From positions 129,110-193,109 of the forward strand of contig JBGAJN010000001.1 of assembly GCA_044224905.1 (NCBI GenBank): DNA of 64,000 nt, read 5' to 3'. The notes below the pieces were generated by a model. The model was not told where the DNA came from and searched no databases. It saw only the letters and a program-made list of their open reading frames with translations. This document shows, in pieces, positions 18,462 through 27,426 of this stretch (its first letter is position 1; each line of letters begins with the position of its first letter). The translations under genes were made by a program, and so were the position numbers. Source of the stretch: Limisphaerales bacterium (GTDB lineage Bacteria > Verrucomicrobiota > Verrucomicrobiia > Limisphaerales > JBGAJN01).

Positions 18462-19589
18462 ATGAGCAAACCGATGAAAGCCGTGGGCGTGGTGCCCAGC
18501 CGGAAGGAAGTCCGGCAGCTCGAACACCCGCACCCGCAACTCACCCAGGACAACGAAGTCCACATCCGCACCCTCGAGGTCGGCATCTGTGGCACCGACC
18601 GCGAGATTTGCACGTTCGCCTACGGGCAAGGCCCTGCCGGCTGCGATTACCTCGTGCTCGGTCACGAATGCCTCGGCGAAGTCGTCGAAGTCGGCTCCAA
18701 GGTGAAGCAGTTTAAGAAGGGCGATCTCGTCGTGCCCAGCGTGCGCCGGCCCTGCACGGATCCGAACTGCATTCCGTGCCGCGAAGGCCGGCAGGATTTT
18801 TGTTCGACATGGAAATTCACCGAGCGCGGCATCAACCAGCGCCACGGCTACATGACGGAATATTTCGTCGAGGAAGAAACTTACCTCACGCCCGTGCCGA
18901 CGAATCTCCGCGACGTCGCCGTGATGGCGGAACCGCTCACCGTCGCCGAGAAAGGTCTCGCGCAAATGTGGCAGGTGCAGAAGCGCGTGCCCGGTTGGGA
19001 GCATCACAATCGCGACGGCAAAGGCCGCGGTTACGGCAAGAACGCCGTCGTGCTCGGCGCCGGCCCCATTGGCCTGCTCGGCGCGATGAAACTGCTCATC
19101 GAGGGCTTCAAGGTCTTCATCTATTCGCGTTCGCCCAAGCCCAACTTCAAGGCCGACCTCGCCGAGTCCATCGGCGCGGAATACATCTCGTCCGTCAAGA
19201 TGGGCGCCGACGATCTCGCGCAACACATCGGCAACATTGATCTCGTTTACGAAGCCGTAGGCGAAGGCCACGTCTCCTTCGAGGTCGTGCGCGTGCTTGG
19301 CATCAACGGCGTGTTCGTCTTCACCGGCATCCCGGCGCAGAAGCCCGCGATCCCGATCTACGCCGACAACATCATGCGGAACATCACGCTGAAGAACCAC
19401 GCGCTCGTTGGCACCGTCAACGCCAGCCCGCAGGCCTTCATCGACGCCATCCACGACCTCGGCGAATTCAAGAAGCGCTGGCCCAAGCAGCTCGCGCAAC
19501 TCATCACCGGTCGCCACACCGTCGACGCTTACCGCGAACTCCTCGTCGGCAAGGCGCAAGGTATCAAGAACGTGATCGAGTTCGTGTGA
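18462..19589 (+). CDS. Zn-dependent glucose 1-dehydrogenase-like (MDR family)
   Basis: VGICGTDREI, LGHE, RRPC..C..C.......C, ERGI..HGYM, EPL...EK, VLGAGPIG, GTVNA. Confidence 0.85.
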   Translation: MSKPMKAVGVVPSRKEVRQLEHPHPQLTQDNEVHIRTLEVGICGTDREICTFAYGQGPAGCDYLVLGHECLGEVVEVGSKVKQFKKGDLVVPSVRRPCTDPNCIPCREGRQDFCSTWKFTERGINQRHGYMTEYFVEEETYLTPVPTNLRDVAVMAEPLTVAEKGLAQMWQVQKRVPGWEHHNRDGKGRGYGKNAVVLGAGPIGLLGAMKLLIEGFKVFIYSRSPKPNFKADLAESIGAEYISSVKMGADDLAQHIGNIDLVYEAVGEGHVSFEVVRVLGINGVFVFTGIPAQKPAIPIYADNIMRNITLKNHALVGTVNASPQAFIDAIHDLGEFKKRWPKQLAQLITGRHTVDAYRELLVGKAQGIKNVIEFV

Positions 19590-19599
19590 ACCCATCCCA

Positions 19600-19678
19600 A
19601 GCCACGGATTGAACACAGAACAAACACGGATTCCTGAACACATCCTTCCCGTGTTCAATCCGTGTTTCATCCGTGGCT
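19600..19678. repeat. Intercistronic palindrome built from 10-mer units (AACACGGATT-like)
   Basis: AGCCACGGATTGAACACAGAACAAACACGGA ... TCCCGTGTTCAATCCGTGTTTCATCCGTGGCT. Confidence 0.8.
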
Positions 19679-19690
19679 AAAGAATAATTT

Positions 19691-20335
19691 ATGGCAAAGC
19701 AAAATTCCTGGATCGACGTCTCCGTTCCCATCCGCAATGGCATGCACCATTGGCCGGGCGATCCGCCGCCGTTCATCACGAACCATGTGAGCACCAAGAA
19801 AGGCGACGTGTGCAACGTCTCTGCGATCTACACCAGCTCCCACATGGGCACGCACATGGACGCACCGCTGCATTTCCTCCCCGACACCAAAACCATGGAC
19901 GACCTCCCGTGGGACGCCGTCATCGGCCCCGCGCGTGTCGTGGAGATCAAAGACAAGGAAGCCATCAAGCCCGCCGAGTTGAAGAAGCTCAAGCCGCGCC
20001 GGGGCGAGCGCCTCCTCTTCAAGACGCGCAACTCCGCCGGGAGCTGGAAGAAGCCCGAGTTCGACAAGGACTTCATCTACATCGCCAAGGAAGGCGCGCA
20101 ATACCTCGTGGACTGTGGCGTTCGCACGGTGGGCGTCGATTACCTCAGCGTGGGCGGCTTTTACAAAGACGGCATCCCCACGCACCACATCCTGCTCGGC
20201 GCCGAAGTGTGGATCATCGAGGGCCTGAACTTCGAGCACGTGAAACCCGGCAACTACGACCTCATCTGCCTCCCCATCAAGTTCGCCAACGGCGACGGCG
20301 CGCCGTCACGGTGTTTGATTAAGAAGCGCGGTTAG
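19691..20335 (+). CDS. Cyclase family metal-dependent hydrolase (kynurenine formamidase-like)
   Basis: HMGTHMDAPLH (HxGTHxDxPxH), VGVDYLS, IIEGL, DGAPSR. Confidence 0.9.
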   Translation: MAKQNSWIDVSVPIRNGMHHWPGDPPPFITNHVSTKKGDVCNVSAIYTSSHMGTHMDAPLHFLPDTKTMDDLPWDAVIGPARVVEIKDKEAIKPAELKKLKPRRGERLLFKTRNSAGSWKKPEFDKDFIYIAKEGAQYLVDCGVRTVGVDYLSVGGFYKDGIPTHHILLGAEVWIIEGLNFEHVKPGNYDLICLPIKFANGDGAPSRCLIKKRG

Positions 20336-20446
20336 GAACCGAAGCTGCCCCCCGCCCCAATCGGCTCCTATTCGGAGGCCACCGCGCTAAGGCGGTTCAG
20401 CTTTTCCTTCGCGTCTCGGCGCTTGGGCGTCAATATTCGTCGCGTC

Positions 20447-21424
20447 TTACCTTGCAAAGATCTGGCGGATGATGTCTTCGATGGGGACTTCCTGAATGTC
20501 GATGTCGCTCACGGGCAGTTGATCGAGCAATGCCTTGCACGCGGCGATCACCCGATCGCGCTTCACTTTGAGCGTGATGCTCACGGCGGTTTTCTCCACC
20601 ACTTCGCCGAACGGTAGCAGGTTCGCATCGGGGCAGGCGTTAGCGCCAGCGCATTGGATGGTGATCAGTTTGAAGTCGGCAAAGCGGTCGAGGATTTCGT
20701 GGAGCTGGCCGTCGAAGAATATTTTCCCGTGATCGATGATGACGACGCGGCGGCACAATTCCTGAATGTCGGCCATGTAATGGCTGGTGAGGACGATGGT
20801 GGTCCGGCGCGTGGCGTTGTGGTGGCGAAGAAAGTCGCGCACGGTCTTCTGCGAGATGACGTCGAGGCCGATGGTGGGCTCGTCGAGGAAGAGGACCTTC
20901 GGCTGGTGCAGCAGCGCGGCGATCAATTCCATCTTCATGCGCTCGCCGAGGGAGAGTTCGCGCACCATGACGTTGAGCTTGTCCTTCACGGCGAGCAGCT
21001 CGGTGAGGTCGCCCACGGTGCGGTCGAAGGATTCCTTGGGGATGCCGTAGATCTTGGCGTTGAGTTCGAGGGATTCGCGCGCGGGCAGATCCCACCAGAG
21101 CTGGTTCTTCTGGCCGAGCAACAGGGCGAACTGCCGGCGGTAACCATCGGCGCGTTCCCACGGCGTGTAGCCGAGCACGGTGGCCTTTCCGCTGGTGGGG
21201 AACAACAGGCCGGCGAGCATTTTCAACGTGGTGGTTTTGCCCGCGCCATTGGGCCCGAGGAAACCGACGAGCTCGCCTTCTTCAATGCCGAAGCTGACGT
21301 CTTTCACGGCGTGGACGAGTTCCACTTCGCGATGGAAGAGTCCCTTCAACGCACCCTTGAGACCGGGCGCCTTTTTGTGGGTCTCGAAAGTTTTGGTCAG
21401 TCCGCTGACTTGTATCACCGGCAT
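20447..21424 (-). CDS. ABC transporter ATP-binding protein (ABC-2 type)
   Basis: Walker A GPNGAGKTT, signature LSLGERM, Walker B LFLDEPTIGLD, H-loop TSH. Confidence 0.93.
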   Translation of the reverse strand: MPVIQVSGLTKTFETHKKAPGLKGALKGLFHREVELVHAVKDVSFGIEEGELVGFLGPNGAGKTTTLKMLAGLLFPTSGKATVLGYTPWERADGYRRQFALLLGQKNQLWWDLPARESLELNAKIYGIPKESFDRTVGDLTELLAVKDKLNVMVRELSLGERMKMELIAALLHQPKVLFLDEPTIGLDVISQKTVRDFLRHHNATRRTTIVLTSHYMADIQELCRRVVIIDHGKIFFDGQLHEILDRFADFKLITIQCAGANACPDANLLPFGEVVEKTAVSITLKVKRDRVIAACKALLDQLPVSDIDIQEVPIEDIIRQIFAR

Positions 21425-21519
21425 GGGATGAGCTTTTCTTGGTGTGAGTCAGATGTCGAGCAGTAGCAAGAGGGCTAGGGTATCGCCTGCTTGCGTGGAA
21501 TCCTCAACCCGAAGTTATT

Positions 21520-21643
21520 CCCGCGAAACACGCAAAGCACTCGAAACTGGAAGGCAAAGAAAACGGAGCTGCAAATAAATTGAGTAGGGCCGGAATGGAA
21601 ACCGGAATCATCTGCTTTCGCGTCGATTCGCGTGTTTCGCGGG
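21520..21643. repeat. Intergenic imperfect inverted repeat (CCCGCGAAACACGC arms)
   Basis: 21520-21546 pairs with 21616-21643; the outer 14 bp are perfect. Confidence 0.75.
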
Positions 21644-21742
21644 CACGACTTCTTCAGCGGAAAACTCCGCGGGAGAAACCCAACCACGAGATTCATCGCC
21701 ACAACACGAATCGCTGGTCGTGCAAGATTCGCAGCCCGGAGG

Positions 21743-23125
21743 TCAGCGCTTCAACTGGGTCTCGAGATAGGTGACGACCTGGCGAACGTTCGTATCGACG
21801 GACATCCGGTCTTTCACCAGGCGGCACGCGTGCAACACGGTGCCGTGATCGCGTCCACCGAAGGCTTCGCCAATGGTGTTGAGCGAGCTCTCGGTCATCT
21901 GCCGCGCGAGGAACATGGCGATCTGCCGCGGGAACGCGATGTTCTCGGGGCGACGTTTGCTGGTCATGTCGGCGAGGCGGATGTCGAAGTGTTCGGCGAC
22001 CTTGCGCTGGATGCTGTCGATGCTGAGGAGGAAGCGGCCTTCCTCGTGGAGAATTTCGCGGAGCAAGGTTTCGACGACGTCGACGGTGAGCTTGCGGCCA
22101 GTGAGCGTGGCGTAGGAGGCGACGCGGATGAGCGCGCCTTCAAGGCGACGGATGTTCGCGCGAATGCGGTGCGCGAGGAAGTTCATCACGTCATCAGGGA
22201 GGTCGACGTTGAGGGACTTCTGTTTCTTGCGGAGAATCGCGAGACGGGTTTCCACGTCGGGCGGTTGCATGTCGGTAACGAGACCCCATTCGAAACGCGA
22301 GACGAGGCGGTGTTCGAGATTTTGGATTTCGCTCGCGGGCCGATCACAGGTGAGGACGATCTGTTTGTGCGATTCGTGGAGGGCGTTGAAGGTGTGGAAG
22401 AATTCTTCCTGAATGCGTTCCTTGCCGGCGAGGAACTGGATGTCATCGATCAACAGGACGTCGGTCTGCCGATATTTTTTACGGAAGCGCGCGAGGTTGT
22501 TGTTCTGAATGCCGTCGATGTACTCGTTGGTGAATTTCTCGGAGGAAACGTACGCGACGCGCGCGCCCTTCTTGTGATCCGCGACATATTGACCAATCGC
22601 GTGCAGCAAATGCGTTTTGCCCAAACCGACGCCGCCGTAAAGGAACAGCGGGTTGTAGGATTTGCCGGGCGATTGCGCGACGGCCAACGCCGCCGCGTGC
22701 GCGAAGGTGTTGTTGTTGCCGACGACGAAGGTGTCAAAGGTGTTCTTGGGATTGAACGAGAGTTCGCGCTCCGTCGAGCGATCGTTCGGCGCGTGGTCTT
22801 CCTTCGCGGCTGCAACCTTGGGCCGTGACTTGGTTGCGGGAGCAACCGCGGGAGCCGGAGCCGCAACTGCGGTGGACACTTGGAACTTCACCTTGAACGT
22901 CCGACCACTCGCGTGAGTGACGACGTCCTGGATGAGTCCGAGATAATTGTCCGTCAGCCAGACCTCGCAAAAGTCGTTACCGACTTCGAGCGTCAGATGA
23001 TCGCCATCCACGCCCAGCGCGCGGATCGGGGAAAACCAGAGATTAAAGATATCTGGCTTAAGCATCGAACGGAGCATTTCCTGCGAGGAAGCCCAAATTT
23101 GTTCAGCATTCTGTTGCATTTCCAC
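21743..23125 (-). CDS. dnaA: Chromosomal replication initiator DnaA
   Basis: YNPLFLYGGVGLGKTHL, LLIDDIQF, QEEFFHTFN, FGGRDHGTVLHA. Start is GTG 23125 or ATG 23119. Confidence 0.98.
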   Translation of the reverse strand: MEMQQNAEQIWASSQEMLRSMLKPDIFNLWFSPIRALGVDGDHLTLEVGNDFCEVWLTDNYLGLIQDVVTHASGRTFKVKFQVSTAVAAPAPAVAPATKSRPKVAAAKEDHAPNDRSTERELSFNPKNTFDTFVVGNNNTFAHAAALAVAQSPGKSYNPLFLYGGVGLGKTHLLHAIGQYVADHKKGARVAYVSSEKFTNEYIDGIQNNNLARFRKKYRQTDVLLIDDIQFLAGKERIQEEFFHTFNALHESHKQIVLTCDRPASEIQNLEHRLVSRFEWGLVTDMQPPDVETRLAILRKKQKSLNVDLPDDVMNFLAHRIRANIRRLEGALIRVASYATLTGRKLTVDVVETLLREILHEEGRFLLSIDSIQRKVAEHFDIRLADMTSKRRPENIAFPRQIAMFLARQMTESSLNTIGEAFGGRDHGTVLHACRLVKDRMSVDTNVRQVVTYLETQLKR

Positions 23126-23154
23126 GTCGTCCCAAAAATTCGTTTTCCGACACT

Positions 23155-23562
23155 TTATTCACTTGACCTGATTCAGGTCCGTCTCGCGCAGTCCCGTCAT
23201 CATTTCTGGCGCCCCAAAAACCGTCCGAAATCTCTTCGCATCATCAGGGAGGGCTACCCTCTCTGGCAATTTGCAAATCTGAAAAACCGCAAATCGCTCA
23301 ACATCAACAAGAAAGAACCGATTCAAAACTCACTGATCCGGATTCCCCGCCACTGAGACTGCCACCAACAAACCTGCGGTTGTTTTCCGCGCGAACTCTT
23401 AAGACATCCGTGAATGACAAGGAAGGGAAACATATTAACTGTTATTCACGAGTTATACACAACGGCTGTTTTCCCCGATTTTCTGAACAAAGTGACAATT
23501 TCGTGGCAAAAATGGGCGCGCCAACACGCATCGCGTCGGACAAACTTTTTTACTTTTCCACA
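23155..23562. promoter_or_regulatory. DnaA boxes in the AT-richer dnaA upstream region (autoregulatory site and/or oriC candidate)
   Basis: TTATACACA 23453-61 and TTTTCCACA 23554-62 match TTWTNCACA; TTATTCACG 23442-50 and TTATTCACT 23155-63 have one mismatch. Confidence 0.6.
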
Positions 23563-23829
23563 TCGCGATTCACCGGCGGATTTCGAGGGAGAAAAAGCAG
23601 CCGCAACGAGATGGTTTTCACCGAAGAATTTCTGAATTCCATAAGTCGCCCGGGACGATAACCCAGAGCAGAACGAATCGATGGATACCGCGAAGAGATC
23701 GGAGCACGGCGGCATGCTATAAGTTTCGGGAAAATTCAAGCCGCGTGCTTGCTTAAGCGTACTCATGCGCTAGTCGTCAGTAGGAATGTACAGACAAAAT
23801 CCTTTGCGCTTTATTGCGCCGGGAAAAAC

Positions 23830-24183
<354 letters not shown>

Positions 24184-24397
24184 CTAGCCGCCGACCTCCG
24201 GCTGTAAACATGTTTTTCGAGAAATGAAATCTGCCACGCTAGATCGTGATTCCGGCAGGCGCTTCCCCGATTTTGTTTCGACGAGATCTCAGAAAAACCA
24301 CGCATCGCGAAGCCGCCGCACGCGATCCGAGCAAAACAACCAATGCTTATTCCAAGTATCGGCCACACCACTATCGTAAGAATTTCTTTCCACCCAC

Positions 24398-24426
24398 TTG
24401 ACACCAAGATCACGCAGTGGTTAACT
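24398..24426 (+). promoter_or_regulatory. Sigma70-type promoter
   Basis: TTGACA-N17-TTAACT (same hexamers and spacing as the E. coli trp promoter), with TG just upstream of the -10. Confidence 0.6.
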
Positions 24427-24432
24427 CAACTC

Positions 24433-24606
24433 GAAGTAAGCAAAGATTTCGGGCAGTTAGATAAAATTGTTCTTTGATTGCCCAACAGATTTCGGTCCGG
24501 GCTAGTTACAGGCTCAGATCGAGAATCCCCTAAGCCTACTTGTGTAACTTATTCCGTATATTCCACGGGCTCGTTCGTCATCCCCTGACTGACGAGCCCG
24601 TTTTTA
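24433..24606 (+). ncRNA. Candidate small RNA, about 170 nt, with three hairpins
   Basis: Lies between the promoter and a strong terminator; no ATG-initiated ORF; stems at 24451-24483, 24504-24549 and 24565-24601. Confidence 0.5.
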
Positions 24607-24610
24607 TTTT
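24565..24610 (+). terminator. Intrinsic terminator
   Basis: ACGGGCTCGT...ACGAGCCCGT followed by TTTTATTTT. Confidence 0.75.
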
Positions 24611-25284
24611 CTCCGACGAGTTTCGTTGTCGGCGATCAAGCGATTCAACTCAGCCAAAATCTTCTGGCACGTCTCCTCCACCGTCAGTCCGGCATTGTTG
24701 ATGATCCGCGCGCCCAACGGCACCATCAATGGCGCCGCCGCACGTTGGCTGTCGCGATGATCGCGTTCACGCAAATCCTCCACCTGTCCCTGACCAGCAC
24801 GCCGACGAGCCCGTTCCTCCGGCGGCGCATCAAGGAAGAATTTGTAATCCGTGTCCGGGAAGACATTCGTGCCGATGTCACGCCCCTCCATCACCAAGTT
24901 GCCAAAAGCTCGGCACTCACGCTGGGTATTTTTCATCCAACGGCGCACCGCCGGCACTGCCGCAACCTTCGAAGCGGCGGCTGAGATTTCTGGAGAACGA
25001 ATTTCTGCGACCGGATCGTGCCCGTCGACCAACAGACGCACCGCATTATCCACACACGTGAGCTTTGTTTTCCAACGTCGACAGGCTGCCCCGATCGCCC
25101 GCGCATCATTCACGTCCACACCTTTCCGCAGGCAGTGCCACGCCAGCGTGCGGTACATCGCTCCGGTGTCCACATAGAGAAACCCCAACTCCTTCGCCAA
25201 CGCACGCGCTGTGCTGCTTTTGCCACTCGCACCCGGACCGTCGATCGCGACGACGACGTGAGTGTGAGCCGGTTGGGACGACAT
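24604..25284 (-). CDS. cmk: Cytidylate kinase (canonical copy)
   Basis: AIDGPGASGKS, DTGAMYR, ASKVA, MEGRDIG, RDHRDSQRAAAPL. Confidence 0.92.
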   Translation of the reverse strand: MSSQPAHTHVVVAIDGPGASGKSSTARALAKELGFLYVDTGAMYRTLAWHCLRKGVDVNDARAIGAACRRWKTKLTCVDNAVRLLVDGHDPVAEIRSPEISAAASKVAAVPAVRRWMKNTQRECRAFGNLVMEGRDIGTNVFPDTDYKFFLDAPPEERARRRAGQGQVEDLRERDHRDSQRAAAPLMVPLGARIINNAGLTVEETCQKILAELNRLIADNETRRRK

Positions 25285-25363
25285 GTCGGAAGATTGCACG
25301 CGGCGAAGATTTTCTGTCAGCCGGAAACTCGTGGAAAAATCACTGACTAGAGTGCTGAGTTGC

Positions 25364-26047
25364 TCAAGCAAAGACATCTGGCGCGCGCTCGCGCAAGATT
25401 TTCAAAAGCTCCTGCAACGTGTCCTCAACCTTATGCTGCGAAGTATCGATGATTTCCGCATCTGCAGCGGGCAGGTTCAAATCCTTGTCCAACTCATCGC
25501 GACGCGCCTGGTCGCCTCCGTAGCCGGCCCGTTCAAGGCGACGATGCCGGATGGTTTCGTCTGCCGTGAGGAAAAATTTGAACGGCGTCTCTCGGAAAAT
25601 CCGCGTGCCGATGTCGCGCCCATCCATCACGAGGCTGCCAAACTCCGCGCAGCCGCGCTGGAACGGCAACATCCATTCGCGCACCGCTGGCACGTGCGAA
25701 ACGAGCGCAACTTTGTTCGCCACTTCGGGCGCACGCAATTCGGCCAGCGGCCGGTAACCATCCACGAGCACGCACAACTCTCCTTCAGTCGAGACCAGTT
25801 TTACCGGCCAGGAAGTGCAGGCTCGCGCGACCGCGGCGGACTGCTCGGCGGATAGATGATCCATTTTCTCTGCCGGAAAAACGCCCGTACGCAAGCAATA
25901 CCAAGTCAGGGCGCGATACATCACACCGGTGTCGACGTGCAGGAAGCCGACGCGACGCGCCAACTCGCGCGACACCGAGCCTTTGCCCGTGGCGCTAGGA
26001 CCGTCGATGGCGATGACGATGGGGGTTTTCAAGTTAACAGATGGCAA
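25364..26047 (-). CDS. cmk: Cytidylate kinase paralog (divergent)
   Basis: AIDGPSATGKG, DTGVMYR, MDGRDIG, KFFLTA; start uncertain (TTG). Confidence 0.85.
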   Translation of the reverse strand: MPSVNLKTPIVIAIDGPSATGKGSVSRELARRVGFLHVDTGVMYRALTWYCLRTGVFPAEKMDHLSAEQSAAVARACTSWPVKLVSTEGELCVLVDGYRPLAELRAPEVANKVALVSHVPAVREWMLPFQRGCAEFGSLVMDGRDIGTRIFRETPFKFFLTADETIRHRRLERAGYGGDQARRDELDKDLNLPAADAEIIDTSQHKVEDTLQELLKILRERAPDVFA

Positions 26048-26057
26048 CTGCCGTCAC

Positions 26058-27404
26058 TCATTCCGCAAAAAGTTCATCCATTCCCAATTTGCGTCCGCTA
26101 CGCCCATCGCGAATCTCCACTCCGAGACCGTGCGGAGGCGGCGCCGCGAGTTTCTGGAAAAAATTCGGGAACGTCTTCTTCACACAGGAAGGATTTTTGA
26201 TTTTGATCCCCGGCACTTTCAAGCCCAGAACCGCGAAACACATCGCCATCCGGTGATCGTTGTAAGTCTCGATCTCGGCTCCGTGGAGCCTATTCTCGGA
26301 AGGAAACACAGTCAGCGTGTCGCCTTGTTCAAGGACTTCTGCACCACACTTGGTCAACTCGGTTCGTAAGGCTTCAACGCGTTCGCATTCTTGAACTCGA
26401 AGCCTCCCCAAGTCGGTGAAGTGAAGAGCCAAACTGCTGAAGGGGGCCAACACGATTGCCGTCATGATGCTGTCCGCTAAATCGGTTTGTCGTGAAATCT
26501 CATTAGGAGGCGACAAAAACATCGTAAACTTCTCATCAGCCTGCCACCCCGAGTTGGGCCACCCGACAACGCTGACGCAAGAGAATTGGTGCAACTCACG
26601 AGGCGTAAACTCGCGCCCATCGGTCAGCTTTTCAGGAACTGGCGTGAGTTGGCGCGACGGTGCCAGGCGCGAAGCAGCCCAAAAATAGCTGCCACTCGAC
26701 GCGTCGGGTTCAATATGGAATCGGCCTTTGCGCGCGGGAAAACTGAAAATCAAAGCTTTCGTCATCGCCACGTATGGCGACTCCTCCGCATTTTCTCCGA
26801 CAATTTCCACCTGCCATCTTCCTACCTTCGCACACAAAACGAGGGCGCTCGCAAACTGCGAACTCGCTTCGATACTGACGCGACATTTGCCCGGACGCGG
26901 GCCAGCCCCGTGGATCAACGCTGGCAACTTGTCGTTCGTCGAGTCGATGCGATAGCCAAGATCGCGCAACGCTTGAAACAGCGCAGCTTGCGGGCGTTCG
27001 TGCATGCGCGGCACGCCGTGCAAACGGTAAACACCTTCGCCGAGGCAGACCATCGCCGCGAGAAAGCGCGCCGCGGTGCCGGCGTTGCCGACGAATAATT
27101 CCAAGGGTTGTTCCGCACTTCCGCCGCGCGGGACTTTGCCGCCGAGACCGTAAACCGTGATCGTGCGATTGCACGTCTCGTCGGGATCGGGAGCGACGTT
27201 CACCATGAAGCCGAGTTCCTGCAAACACTCGACCATCACTTGCGTGTCCTCACTCCACAACGCGCCCGTCAGCACCGTCTCGCCGTCCGCCAGCGCCGCC
27301 AGCACGAGAGCTCGGTTGGTGATGCTCTTGGAGCCCGGCACGGTGATCTCCGCACGCACTGGCGCGGTGAGGGGAACGATTTCGATAAGATCGGGAAGCG
27401 GCAT
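26058..27404 (-). CDS. aroA: 3-phosphoshikimate 1-carboxyvinyltransferase (EPSP synthase)
   Basis: PGSKS, GNAGT, SSQF, PDASS, RVQECER, NDHRMAM, KKTFP. Confidence 0.93.
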   Translation of the reverse strand: MPLPDLIEIVPLTAPVRAEITVPGSKSITNRALVLAALADGETVLTGALWSEDTQVMVECLQELGFMVNVAPDPDETCNRTITVYGLGGKVPRGGSAEQPLELFVGNAGTAARFLAAMVCLGEGVYRLHGVPRMHERPQAALFQALRDLGYRIDSTNDKLPALIHGAGPRPGKCRVSIEASSQFASALVLCAKVGRWQVEIVGENAEESPYVAMTKALIFSFPARKGRFHIEPDASSGSYFWAASRLAPSRQLTPVPEKLTDGREFTPRELHQFSCVSVVGWPNSGWQADEKFTMFLSPPNEISRQTDLADSIMTAIVLAPFSSLALHFTDLGRLRVQECERVEALRTELTKCGAEVLEQGDTLTVFPSENRLHGAEIETYNDHRMAMCFAVLGLKVPGIKIKNPSCVKKTFPNFFQKLAAPPPHGLGVEIRDGRSGRKLGMDELFAE

Positions 27405-27426
27405 CGCAGGAAAAACAATCCTCAAC

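Noticed and set aside
17591-18613. Extended N-termini in the ORF track (also 25377, 27485, 29322, 37506, 43132, 43250, 62566)
   Set aside because: They overlap neighbouring genes or precede clear signal peptides or domain starts; shorter starts were used
19600-19678. CRISPR array
   Set aside because: Units are 10 bp and inverted, there are no unique spacers, and no cas genes are present
21475-21702. 75-aa ORF between dnaA and the ABC gene
   Set aside because: It is a translation of the palindromic repeat, with no protein-like features
23380-23766. Short ORFs upstream of dnaA
   Set aside because: Atypical composition, overlap with DnaA boxes, no motifs
24215-24240. Sigma54 promoter for glnB (TGGCAG on the - strand)
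   Set aside because: No GC at the required -12 position
24433-24606. Naming the candidate sRNA as 6S, SRP, tmRNA or tRNA
   Set aside because: Three separate hairpins, with no end-to-end rod, SRP loop or cloverleaf visible; left unnamed
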